A stretch of DNA of 64,000 nt from a virus. Positions 8,078 to 17,419 of this stretch are shown piece by piece. The notes under the pieces were generated by a model. That model did no database searches. It saw only the letters and a program-made list of their open reading frames with translations, and was not told where the DNA came from. Each line of letters starts with the position of its first letter. Position 1 is the first letter of the stretch. Where the stretch lies: positions 1-64,000 of the IMG/VR virus record IMGVR_UViG_3300034198_023063, one strand, 5' to 3'. A program made the position numbers and the translations under genes.

Positions 8078-9913
8078 ATGTCAGACGCTTTAGTAAAATA
8101 TAATGACAAAATAGTTCCAGTATCTGGAACTGGGCCAACGCCTTTTGTATCCCAGAGTTATGAAGTATTAATTTATGGCAACAGATGGGGGACTGCTGAT
8201 AAAATAGTTTTAAATGGACAAATTACTGGCGCAGATTATAGTGCTTTATATACGGCTCAGACTGGTTTAGTGGATATCTTTTCTAATCAATTTAAGAATT
8301 TAGATATTTATGAAAGCGCAGATGATGCGAATAGTTATTCTAAAGTTTATTCATTTTCTGGTTGTTATTTGCAAAATTTATCTTTTGGTAACGCTGGTTA
8401 TAATAAAGTTGTAGATTATTCTATTGAATTATTATCTTATCCATCTGGATTAACTGGATATTTTTCTGGCACTTATGGGATAATAGATCCAAAAGATGAA
8501 ATGAAAATTTCAGAAGGAGAAGATGGCTTCGCTACTCTTACGAGAAATATTTCGGCTAAGGCTTTCGTAACTACAACTATTGATGACGCGATAAATAATG
8601 CGAAAACTTTCGTTTCAGCAAGAACTGGAATATCAAATGTTATAACTACTCCTCAAATCTCTGGATTTCAAAATTCTGCGAACTTCACTCCAGTTCTTAC
8701 TAGAATGTCGGAAAATCTAGATAGACTTTCCTTAACATATTCAGTAGATCAGACCTATAGATTTCATATGCTCACAGGAGACGCTGTGGCAAACAATAAT
8801 TACTCTTTTAATAATTATTATTTAACTTCTTATTCTACAAATTTAACATCTGGAGCGGGGGAAGATTTTGTTGCAGCAAGTATCCAAGGAGAGATAAAAG
8901 CAGGAATAACTGGAGTTACTGGAGACGCTTTGATATCTGGGTTGTTGAATCAACTTTCTGGTTTAAATCCGTACGCTGTAATTTCTAATAAATATGGAGC
9001 GCCAAATAATTTATCTTTTTGCCAAGATCCTATAGATTTTAAGGTAACTCAAGATTTAAAAGCTAGAAAAATAAACTTTTCAGCATCTTATGATAATTTA
9101 GATTTTTATGGACTATCTAATAACAAGTATGTCTATTCTGGATGCTTTCTTGATTCTGTCATAACTCACTCTATAGACGAGTTGACCCAAACAGCTACAA
9201 TCTCTATAAGAGGAGATATAAAATGCAGAGGATCTGCGTCAAATAGACTATCTAATGCTTCTGTTTATCTTGGAAAAATAATGACTGATGGCTCAAGCGC
9301 AACAGAGCCAAGGCTTTACGATTTTGTTAATGATTATTATACTGGATATCTAGCTACAGCTTCTCCAGTTTTAGCTCTTGGAACAAAACCAATAAATGTA
9401 AAAGTCGATACAAATACAACTCTTGGAACAATATCTATAGAAGCTGAATTTGATAATAAAGACAAATTTTCTTCTTTAAATTATTCAGAGTATACGGTAG
9501 ACTATACTCCATATAATACAATTTTCGCTTACGCTTCATCTTGTAATGATGCCGTTAAGCATATAGCTGTAGATATAAATGTCAAAAAGAGAGAAAAAGT
9601 TGATATTAATTTAGTTTTAGGGGCTTCTGGGAAATCAGAGCTAGAATTAATATCTGTGGCAAGAACTTTGTTAGAGCCAGACACAGCAAATAGTTTTTAT
9701 AATTTATTTCCTCTAAGTCTATCTGAAACAAACTCTATTCAAGAAGATTCTTCGGTGTTATCAACGCAAAATTCTTCAGCAGGTAATGCTTTAACATCTA
9801 ATAAATATGGATCTTCAATTTCTATGTCTAAGAGCTACTCTTATGAATTAAAAGACTCTGAGGCTGGAACTAGAAGAATAATCAAATCGGCAAGTAATAT
9901 AGGAACTGTATGA
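8078..9913 (+). CDS. Virion structural protein, probable paralog of 6214..8076 (611 aa)
   Basis: Similar length and recurring motifs (EDFVAASIQGEIKAG, TQTATISIRGDIKCRG). 1-nt gap from the upstream gene. Confidence 0.55.
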   Translation: MSDALVKYNDKIVPVSGTGPTPFVSQSYEVLIYGNRWGTADKIVLNGQITGADYSALYTAQTGLVDIFSNQFKNLDIYESADDANSYSKVYSFSGCYLQNLSFGNAGYNKVVDYSIELLSYPSGLTGYFSGTYGIIDPKDEMKISEGEDGFATLTRNISAKAFVTTTIDDAINNAKTFVSARTGISNVITTPQISGFQNSANFTPVLTRMSENLDRLSLTYSVDQTYRFHMLTGDAVANNNYSFNNYYLTSYSTNLTSGAGEDFVAASIQGEIKAGITGVTGDALISGLLNQLSGLNPYAVISNKYGAPNNLSFCQDPIDFKVTQDLKARKINFSASYDNLDFYGLSNNKYVYSGCFLDSVITHSIDELTQTATISIRGDIKCRGSASNRLSNASVYLGKIMTDGSSATEPRLYDFVNDYYTGYLATASPVLALGTKPINVKVDTNTTLGTISIEAEFDNKDKFSSLNYSEYTVDYTPYNTIFAYASSCNDAVKHIAVDINVKKREKVDINLVLGASGKSELELISVARTLLEPDTANSFYNLFPLSLSETNSIQEDSSVLSTQNSSAGNALTSNKYGSSISMSKSYSYELKDSEAGTRRIIKSASNIGTV

Positions 9914-11709
9914 ATTCATATGTAAAATCAGGTTTTTTAAATAAAATATTTCTTCCTTCTGGAAATTTATTGATTGATTATGATTTTAGAAGCCCATCTT
10001 ATCAATCAATATCTGTAGCTAATGTTGATGGTTTGGGTACAACTGGGACTACATATTTATTTTTCAACGCTCAAGTAGATTCCGGTTTGCAATATAGCGG
10101 TTCTAAAATATACAATTCTGGAAAACCTGCTCTTTCTTATGGTGACGCTTCTTTTCTTCCGTCTAAACAGATAATTAGCGGAAGATTTGATGGTAAATCT
10201 AAATATAGAATATTAGGAAATGCAACGGGAGAAGATTGGACTTTTTATATAGCGTTTAAACCATTAGACACAGGAACATCGAATATAGGGCAAGTTTTAT
10301 TATCGAATAAAGTTTCTGACTCTTCTCTTTCTGGATTTGCTTTTGGAATTAATGGGTGCAACAGATTGTTTTATGAGTTTAATGTTTCGGCAAACGAAAG
10401 AAGAATTTTTACATTAGATCAAGAAATAGATAATAAAAATTTAGTTTCTATTTCTAAAGTAGATCAAGATTTGGCAATTTCAATTCACCAATTTGAGGAT
10501 TTGAATTCTTTTTCATCAGAAAGCCACTTTCCTTTGTCTGGATATAATAAATCAAACTCTTTCTTTTTGGGAGGGATGGGTGTTTCAGGAATAAGATACA
10601 AGAATTTTAGCGGATATGTAGATCAATTTATGTATATGGATAAAGGATTAGCTTTTCCGGAAAGAAATGCTTTTTCTGAGGCTTTTTTTTGCTCTGGTTA
10701 TGATACTGGAGTTTATGAAACGTATACAGAAACTTATCCGATTGTGACCGGGGCAGAATATCAAAATGTTTTAATTGGCACAGGGGTTACTGGATATGTC
10801 GAAGTTATTGTAGGAACAGAAACTGTAGGAAACAGGCAGGTAGATATATATGGATATTCTGGGGTAACTGGATTTATATATGAAGAGGTTTTGGTTGAAT
10901 TAACTGGGTATGAGATTGGTTCAACTTTTGTTACTAGATATAGAGAGCCTAGCGGTTTAATAGATTATAATTATTTATTATCTTTTTCTAATTCTAGGAT
11001 TTTGTCTTTTAATAATTTTGATGACTCATATAAAGAAGTTTATAGTTTTTCTGGTAAAAATTCTGAAGACATTAATTTGATAGCAAATTTTTTACCTGAT
11101 ACAAATAAATTTTCAATTATGTCCACAGGAAGTGGAGAGGCTGTAAACTTCTATGTTAATGGATTGGCTGCTCCTTATGTAACGTCTTTTTCAACATCTT
11201 ACACTGGAGATTTTACTGTTTCTGGGGTTTATGTGGATTCAGAAGGTTTTTACGACGCGAATGATATAGCTATTTACGATTTAATTGCTGGCTCTGGATC
11301 AATTACTGGTCTTACTACTGCGGAAGTTACTGCCGGTACAAAACTTTTACCTTCTTCATTTGTAAATAATAGAGATATATATTTAAATGGTGATAAATTA
11401 ATTTCTGGGATTAATTATTCTGGCGTAGGAGCTAATATTTCAATAAAAACATCAGATTTGATCGATGGTGATATTATGCTTTTACCAAAACATGGGATGA
11501 ATTTAATTATATATACAGGATATAACGACAATAATTTTAATACTAATTTAAGTTTATTTGAAGAGCAAGTTTGGATAAATGGCTTAAGACAAGTAAAATA
11601 CATAGACTATGAAAAAGTGCCTGATTTTAGTCTTAAATATACGTCATTTTCATTAGATCCATTTACAGACATAGTTTATAATAATGACACGGGATTTTTT
11701 AACGTGTAA
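9910..11709 (+). CDS. Virion protein with N-terminal LamG/concanavalin-A-like domain and C-terminal xYxNG...DY repeats (599 aa)
   Basis: LamG-like pattern DWTFYIAFK...QVLLSNK...GFAFGIN...FFLGG...FSGYVDQFMYMDKGL. Repeats VNFYVNG, RDIYLNGDKLISGINY and EQVWINGLRQVKYIDY are typical of phage baseplate/fibre proteins. Confidence 0.65.
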   Translation: MNSYVKSGFLNKIFLPSGNLLIDYDFRSPSYQSISVANVDGLGTTGTTYLFFNAQVDSGLQYSGSKIYNSGKPALSYGDASFLPSKQIISGRFDGKSKYRILGNATGEDWTFYIAFKPLDTGTSNIGQVLLSNKVSDSSLSGFAFGINGCNRLFYEFNVSANERRIFTLDQEIDNKNLVSISKVDQDLAISIHQFEDLNSFSSESHFPLSGYNKSNSFFLGGMGVSGIRYKNFSGYVDQFMYMDKGLAFPERNAFSEAFFCSGYDTGVYETYTETYPIVTGAEYQNVLIGTGVTGYVEVIVGTETVGNRQVDIYGYSGVTGFIYEEVLVELTGYEIGSTFVTRYREPSGLIDYNYLLSFSNSRILSFNNFDDSYKEVYSFSGKNSEDINLIANFLPDTNKFSIMSTGSGEAVNFYVNGLAAPYVTSFSTSYTGDFTVSGVYVDSEGFYDANDIAIYDLIAGSGSITGLTTAEVTAGTKLLPSSFVNNRDIYLNGDKLISGINYSGVGANISIKTSDLIDGDIMLLPKHGMNLIIYTGYNDNNFNTNLSLFEEQVWINGLRQVKYIDYEKVPDFSLKYTSFSLDPFTDIVYNNDTGFFNV

Positions 11710-11724
11710 TTAGAGATAAGGATT

Positions 11725-14700
11725 ATGGCTGCGGTAAATAAAAATAGTATAATAAATATAACCAGAAGAATAGGGACAACGGTTGAAAATTTATACAACA
11801 AACTATTCAACGGTTATATATATAACATGTCACTAGACGTAGGCTACGATGGGCAGCCTACAGTTCTAACTTTAAACTTGGCTCTTAATAGAACAATAGA
11901 TCAAGTTAAAGTAAATTCTGATGTTATAAAAGATAGAAAAAAAGATATCACTTATTTCAAAAATTTAATAGCAGCACAAAAGTCTGTCCCACAAAATTCT
12001 GTTGGTAATTTAGGAAGTGTACCAGCAGGAAGCCAAATTGGACCAAAAGACAACATTTCTCAAATCTCAGATAAAGATTTCAATATAGATCAAAATTATA
12101 TAGGAGTTACATGTTCTTATGATATTGGAATTTATGATGGGCTTGGCAATCCAACTTATTCGTTTAAATCTTTTAAAATAGTAAGTTTTTCAATAAGTAA
12201 GAAAAACGATCAAAAAATATTAACTTTAGTTCTGAAGGATAATTCTTTCGTATTAGATAAAGTTTATGTCGGTTTATTGGGAAATCAAGTCGCCATAGAT
12301 GGCAGATCGGAATCTTTAGCTTATGTAAGTGGAATTAAAATTTCTTGCCCTCCAGTCGGCAGTAATTGCCCAGCGGGATTGGTCACTTTAAATAATCAAC
12401 CACAATACCTGCATTTTTCAAATAGTAAGTTTAAAAATAGTTATCAATCTCATTTAGGTACTATAGATTTAAATGCAAACGCTGGGAATGTCGGGTCAGA
12501 CAGAAGAGTTTCTTTAATTAATTTCCAAGTTGGAGACGATTCCTCTCAAAACAAAAAGCATAATTTTGTAACAATATCTTCTATAGATCCAAATAAAAGT
12601 ATATTTAAAGGATATGGCGCTGCGATTATTTTAGGGGAAGAGGAGTTCAAAGATTCGCCATGCGGATCTGCTGAAGTTTATTACTCATTTGAAACCTTAA
12701 TCGCAGCAATGAAAAAATTGGGAATAGTTATTGCTGAAAATAATAGACCTGCTAATTTAACAAATACATCTGCAAATTATGATTCTCTCCAAGATAAATC
12801 TAGGGGAAAAATAAAGAAAAATTATCAAGGAACTTTAAGGCAAGTTTTGAATCAGTGGTGCGATGACTATGGTTATTCGTATTGCGTTGATTACACAAAA
12901 ACATCTGATACGTCTTTTGTCTTAAAAGGAATAGATAAAACCTCTGGTTTTTCAAAAGAATTAATTCTTCAAACAAAATTAACAATGGAAGATTTGGAGT
13001 CTTCTACTAGTAATTCTGATTTTGTTATTAGAAGTGAAGATTTTTCTTATGATTTATCTCAGCAACAGTTAAAACTTTTTTCGTCTTACTACTCTAAAGA
13101 TGCTAAAGATAAAACTTTAAATTATAAAACATTGTTTGGTAATGAAGCGTTTAATAATATTAGATTAGATGAGTTATATCCTGATATTTTTGGAAATAGA
13201 ACAGATAAAAAAGACTTTTCTGGCTCCTATAGAACTTACGAGGATGTTGTTATTTCTGCTATTTTAGGTAAATATTCTTCAAGACTTAGGGAGATATATA
13301 ATTATAGCATTGGAGCTTATGGTGCTTTAGGATTTATTCCATTTAATGGGATTCCGAATTCTTCACAAATACCATTGTTAGCTGCTGACGCTTCTTTTTC
13401 ATTTATAGAATCTATATCTAGCGTTTTAGATTATCAAAGTGAAAACTTTTTTGCTTCAGACGGAACTCCATTATACGATTTAACCCTTGGATTTTATAAT
13501 GAAGAATTAGCTCAAAATGTTTTAGCTATGGAATCATTTATAGCTGATTTTTTAGGCAGATATTATTGGACGCCTGAATTAGAAATGTTAGACGGGGAGT
13601 CTGGAAATACTGATTTTTATGCAAAATATGAAGTTGGCTCTAGTGTTCCAGTACAAAAAATAATGGCGGGACAATTATATCAACTTGACGTATTTAAAAA
13701 AGCTAGATATTTGTTAAATAGTATTGCTAGCGTGTTTAGTGGTAATAATGATAATTATTTTAAGGCGTATTATCAGTTGGCTGACTTAGCTGCAAACGCT
13801 CAATCAATATGCTCTCAGGTGGGACAAGACTTTATAAATTTACAAGGCTCTCAGGCGAAACTTAAGAAATTTAGATTTTTTTACGAAAGAAGTGGTGCTA
13901 CATATGGGGTAATCCAAGATTTCTTAGAAGATGTACTAAAATTAAAATATACAATAGCTGGATCAACTACAGCATCAGCACAAGAAATAGATGTAGCTAC
14001 AATTTTTGCCCCAGTTTTTAAAGAACTATCTCCAGTTTCTTTAGGTCTTTTGCAGGCGGCTATGCCAATTAATATATCTAATGTTGCTATAGGATCTTTT
14101 AAGTTTGGTGTTTTGTTAGGTTTAAAACCAGCTTATCAAGTTTATAATATTTCATCTCAAAATGCTAGGAATATTTTAGAAATACAAAATAGTATTTATA
14201 ATAGATGCTCAGAAATATTAAAAATAAATACTACTGGAGTAAAAGATAAATTAATAAGAAATAAGAGAAGTTGCAGTAAAACTTTATTATACGAAGTATG
14301 CGTTAGAAGTTGCGAAGATTCTGGCAGAAAATCATCTAACGATAACGCTGTAAGTTTTGCGTCTGGACCAAATCCATACTTTTGCTTTGCGGTAAAAATA
14401 ACTAGGGATCTCAGAAGCCCTGCGGTAGATAGTATGGTTTTGCAGAATGTTTATAAAACAGTTATTTCTTCTAATACCCCATTAAGTTTAGACGGATTTA
14501 CAGATAAGCCAAGCCAAATATTAGTGACAAGCCTTAGGCTTAAAGCTGAGAAAGGATTGACGAATATATCCTATGATATTTTTTCTAAAACTGCATCTTA
14601 TCAACCTCAATGGGAATTGATAGTAGCTCCTTCTCAAGAAAATTATTCAATTCCATTATATACAGAAACAACAACAGAAACATTTTTGCCAGCTAGAAAT

Positions 14701-15231
14701 TACGTTTTAGGTGGACTGGAAAGTCTTAATGATGTTATTAAAATAATAGAAAATCCTAATTTTTCAGTAGACGTAACTACAAGCAATCTAACGCCAAATG
14801 TAAGAGAGCTTTATGGGGATGAAACAACGCCGCAATATGTTTCTGCGCCAGTTTCAGTGGGAAATCCAAGCAGTTATCCTGTATTTATTGAGTATCAAGG
14901 CTACGAAGGAACAAATCCAAAATATCAATTTAGAACTTTAAGTGAATTTCATAATAGTCTGAAAGCTTATTATGATTCAAAAAATATATCTTTATCACAG
15001 CCAAATATAAAATTTTCTGCTGATATTTTTTGCAGTAGCATTCCTTCTCAATTAAAAGATCTACTAACGGTGCAGAATGGATTGACGAAATTAAATATAA
15101 ATTTAGCCGAGAATGGGCTTTCTATAAATTGTTCTTTTGAGAGTTCTCCAACTTTAGCTTTGAGCCAAGAATCTTTAATATTAAAAAATAGACCAAATAT
15201 TAAATTAGTAAATCCAAATTTCTTCAAATAA
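11725..15231 (+). CDS. Probable baseplate hub / Tal-like central tail protein (1168 aa)
   Basis: Hub-like N-terminus (LFNGYIYNMSLDVGYDGQPTVLTLNL; LTLVLKDNSFVLD; GTLRQVLNQWCDDYGYSYCVD) and C-terminal strand pair (GLTKLNINLAENGLSINCSFES). Located in the tail module. Confidence 0.55.
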   Translation: MAAVNKNSIINITRRIGTTVENLYNKLFNGYIYNMSLDVGYDGQPTVLTLNLALNRTIDQVKVNSDVIKDRKKDITYFKNLIAAQKSVPQNSVGNLGSVPAGSQIGPKDNISQISDKDFNIDQNYIGVTCSYDIGIYDGLGNPTYSFKSFKIVSFSISKKNDQKILTLVLKDNSFVLDKVYVGLLGNQVAIDGRSESLAYVSGIKISCPPVGSNCPAGLVTLNNQPQYLHFSNSKFKNSYQSHLGTIDLNANAGNVGSDRRVSLINFQVGDDSSQNKKHNFVTISSIDPNKSIFKGYGAAIILGEEEFKDSPCGSAEVYYSFETLIAAMKKLGIVIAENNRPANLTNTSANYDSLQDKSRGKIKKNYQGTLRQVLNQWCDDYGYSYCVDYTKTSDTSFVLKGIDKTSGFSKELILQTKLTMEDLESSTSNSDFVIRSEDFSYDLSQQQLKLFSSYYSKDAKDKTLNYKTLFGNEAFNNIRLDELYPDIFGNRTDKKDFSGSYRTYEDVVISAILGKYSSRLREIYNYSIGAYGALGFIPFNGIPNSSQIPLLAADASFSFIESISSVLDYQSENFFASDGTPLYDLTLGFYNEELAQNVLAMESFIADFLGRYYWTPELEMLDGESGNTDFYAKYEVGSSVPVQKIMAGQLYQLDVFKKARYLLNSIASVFSGNNDNYFKAYYQLADLAANAQSICSQVGQDFINLQGSQAKLKKFRFFYERSGATYGVIQDFLEDVLKLKYTIAGSTTASAQEIDVATIFAPVFKELSPVSLGLLQAAMPINISNVAIGSFKFGVLLGLKPAYQVYNISSQNARNILEIQNSIYNRCSEILKINTTGVKDKLIRNKRSCSKTLLYEVCVRSCEDSGRKSSNDNAVSFASGPNPYFCFAVKITRDLRSPAVDSMVLQNVYKTVISSNTPLSLDGFTDKPSQILVTSLRLKAEKGLTNISYDIFSKTASYQPQWELIVAPSQENYSIPLYTETTTETFLPARNYVLGGLESLNDVIKIIENPNFSVDVTTSNLTPNVRELYGDETTPQYVSAPVSVGNPSSYPVFIEYQGYEGTNPKYQFRTLSEFHNSLKAYYDSKNISLSQPNIKFSADIFCSSIPSQLKDLLTVQNGLTKLNINLAENGLSINCSFESSPTLALSQESLILKNRPNIKLVNPNFFK

Positions 15232-16898
15232 TGACTATTACTGGAAACATTTTTAGAAGCTTAGTGAAAAATAATGCTTTTTCAGCTTTATTTGATTTAT
15301 CGTTTTCTAATGTTACGGGCGTTGCTGAAATTGGATTTAGTGGGCAAAATAAAAAATATAATTTTTCATTCATTAGCGGAAAAATTTTTGATAATGAAAA
15401 TAGATATTTTTCTTCTTACAGTCCATTATCTCAAGTTTTATTATCTACAAATTTTTCAGGAAAGTCTTACGATTATGCTATCAATTCAAATATAGTAACA
15501 TACTCTGGAAGCAAGCAAGATTTTTATGCAGAAAATTTTTATGCTAATACAACTGGAGTGGATGTGGGCGCTTCTATAATTATCAGAGCTAAAAAGCCAA
15601 CATTGACGCTATCGCTGCCATCTTCTTTTATTACAGGCCAAACTATAACTGGATATTTGCAAACTAATTCTGCTAGCGGTATAAAAGTGTTTACTGGAGA
15701 TTTTGGTGAGTTGTCGTCTTTTTCATTTTTGAGTTTTCCTGCTGGAGATATAACGTCTGTTGCGAGCGGACAAGTTTTAATATCTCAAAAAAATATTGAA
15801 ATAGGAAATTTTACAACAGATATTAATTTGGAGACAAATGCTGGGAATTATTCCCAAAACGTTTCGATATCGTCTGTAGAAAAGCCTTTTCTTGATTATG
15901 TTTTAACTTCAAATATTGATGAAAATTCTTTTGCTTATTTAGCTCAAAATGGCGAAACAACTGGTGTGGCTAAAGAAAATATAGCTACAGTAAATTATAA
16001 TTATTATACTAACTACCCAAATTTAGAGCAGTCTAGTTTACCACTATCTATTTCTTTATCTTATGTTTCTGGGATAACGGGTTATTATGGATTGGTAGCA
16101 GATGTGACGCTTTCAAGCGGCGGCAATGGTTACTTAGCTGCTCCGACAGTAATATTTAGCGGTGGATTAACGGGGCAATTAGCGCAAGGCGAGTTGCTAT
16201 CTGTTGTAGGGGATTATTTTATAAAATCTTCTTTTACAAGATTTGAATTTCCATCTGGCGAACCAATCAGATTTTGGAAAAAGGGATCTAATATTTTGCC
16301 TTCCCCGTTGCAAGAAAACTTTACATATTATGTAACAAGCGTATTCTCTGGGGGATTTGGTCAACCACAAGGAGGATTTCAAATTTCTACTACTTTAGGT
16401 GGGTCAGCTTTAGATGTTACTTCGACTGGAAGCGGAAATTTTTATTATTATAGTTTGAATCAATTACCTTCGGCTCAGGCGGTATTAGGTCAAACAAGAT
16501 CTCTTTATGATCAGGTTGTTGATGTAAATATATTAAATTATGGATCTGGATACACATCTTCTCCAACTGTAATTTTTTCTGGAGGAACTGGAATAATTAA
16601 TAATGCTACGCCAACAATAGCTTCTGGATCTGCTGCAATGGTGTATTATACTAAATCTTTTACTGGATGTTTTAATTTATATACTGGATTAGCTGGAAAT
16701 TATATTAATTATAAAGCTAATAATTATATCTTAAATAATAATTATTCTGGATCAGCATCTTATACTCAATACAATAATCCTATAAATATAAAAGTATCTT
16801 ATACGCCATTTTTAGACTCTAACCAATTGGTAGCAAAGCTTTTAATAAGCGGAGCTAATAACTTAAAAATTGAACAATACATAACAGGAGTAAAATAA
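15231..16898 (+). CDS. Virion/baseplate protein with two GxGY...PTVIFSGG repeats (555 aa)
   Basis: VADVTLSSGGNGYLAAPTVIFSGG and VVDVNILNYGSGYTSSPTVIFSGG flank an inserted PSPLQENFTYYV...FQISTTLGGSALDVTSTGSG module. Both motifs are common in myovirus structural proteins. Confidence 0.65.
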   Translation: MTITGNIFRSLVKNNAFSALFDLSFSNVTGVAEIGFSGQNKKYNFSFISGKIFDNENRYFSSYSPLSQVLLSTNFSGKSYDYAINSNIVTYSGSKQDFYAENFYANTTGVDVGASIIIRAKKPTLTLSLPSSFITGQTITGYLQTNSASGIKVFTGDFGELSSFSFLSFPAGDITSVASGQVLISQKNIEIGNFTTDINLETNAGNYSQNVSISSVEKPFLDYVLTSNIDENSFAYLAQNGETTGVAKENIATVNYNYYTNYPNLEQSSLPLSISLSYVSGITGYYGLVADVTLSSGGNGYLAAPTVIFSGGLTGQLAQGELLSVVGDYFIKSSFTRFEFPSGEPIRFWKKGSNILPSPLQENFTYYVTSVFSGGFGQPQGGFQISTTLGGSALDVTSTGSGNFYYYSLNQLPSAQAVLGQTRSLYDQVVDVNILNYGSGYTSSPTVIFSGGTGIINNATPTIASGSAAMVYYTKSFTGCFNLYTGLAGNYINYKANNYILNNNYSGSASYTQYNNPINIKVSYTPFLDSNQLVAKLLISGANNLKIEQYITGVK

Positions 16899-17416
16899 TG
16901 CCAGAACAACTAAGACATTCGCCTTTAAGAAATAGTGTTGTCGACTTATATGTTGCTAATTTTAATGGAGCAACGCAAAATACATCTTTTGGATTTAGCC
17001 AAGTTCCATCTGTTGATTACCAGTATTTAATAAATAAAGCTAAAATTCAAATAAATAAAATTATACAAGATGGTTATTCTAAATTTTTAAACGATTTTAT
17101 AAATTATCAAGATGGTCTTATTTTATGTGTTAATACTACTAATTTATTAAGCAAAAGCGAATATAAAACAAGCAATGCCTTTTCTGATTCTTTAAGATTT
17201 ACAGTAGTAAAAATGCCCGGAGAATTTGTTAATGTAAATAAATCTAAATTATCATCTCCATATCAATATGGAGAAAGATTAAGAGTTTCCGCGTCATTTG
17301 AAAAAAAATCGGACACAAGACAAAAAGATTTAATTTATCGAGATACAAATATAAAAGGAAGAAGCAAAACTGGATCAGATTCAACAGGGGGAGTCGGAGT
17401 AGGAGTATGGAGTTGA
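16898..17416 (+). CDS. Hypothetical protein, probably virion-associated (172 aa)
   Basis: Clean ORF with a 1-nt stop/start overlap inside the structural operon. Confidence 0.6.
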   Translation: MPEQLRHSPLRNSVVDLYVANFNGATQNTSFGFSQVPSVDYQYLINKAKIQINKIIQDGYSKFLNDFINYQDGLILCVNTTNLLSKSEYKTSNAFSDSLRFTVVKMPGEFVNVNKSKLSSPYQYGERLRVSASFEKKSDTRQKDLIYRDTNIKGRSKTGSDSTGGVGVGVWS

Positions 17417-17419
17417 AAA

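Noticed and set aside
11704-11724. GTGTAA upstream of the hub-like gene as a late-promoter motif
   Set aside because: Seen at only one gene start in this window and it includes the upstream stop codon; not supportable without more instances.
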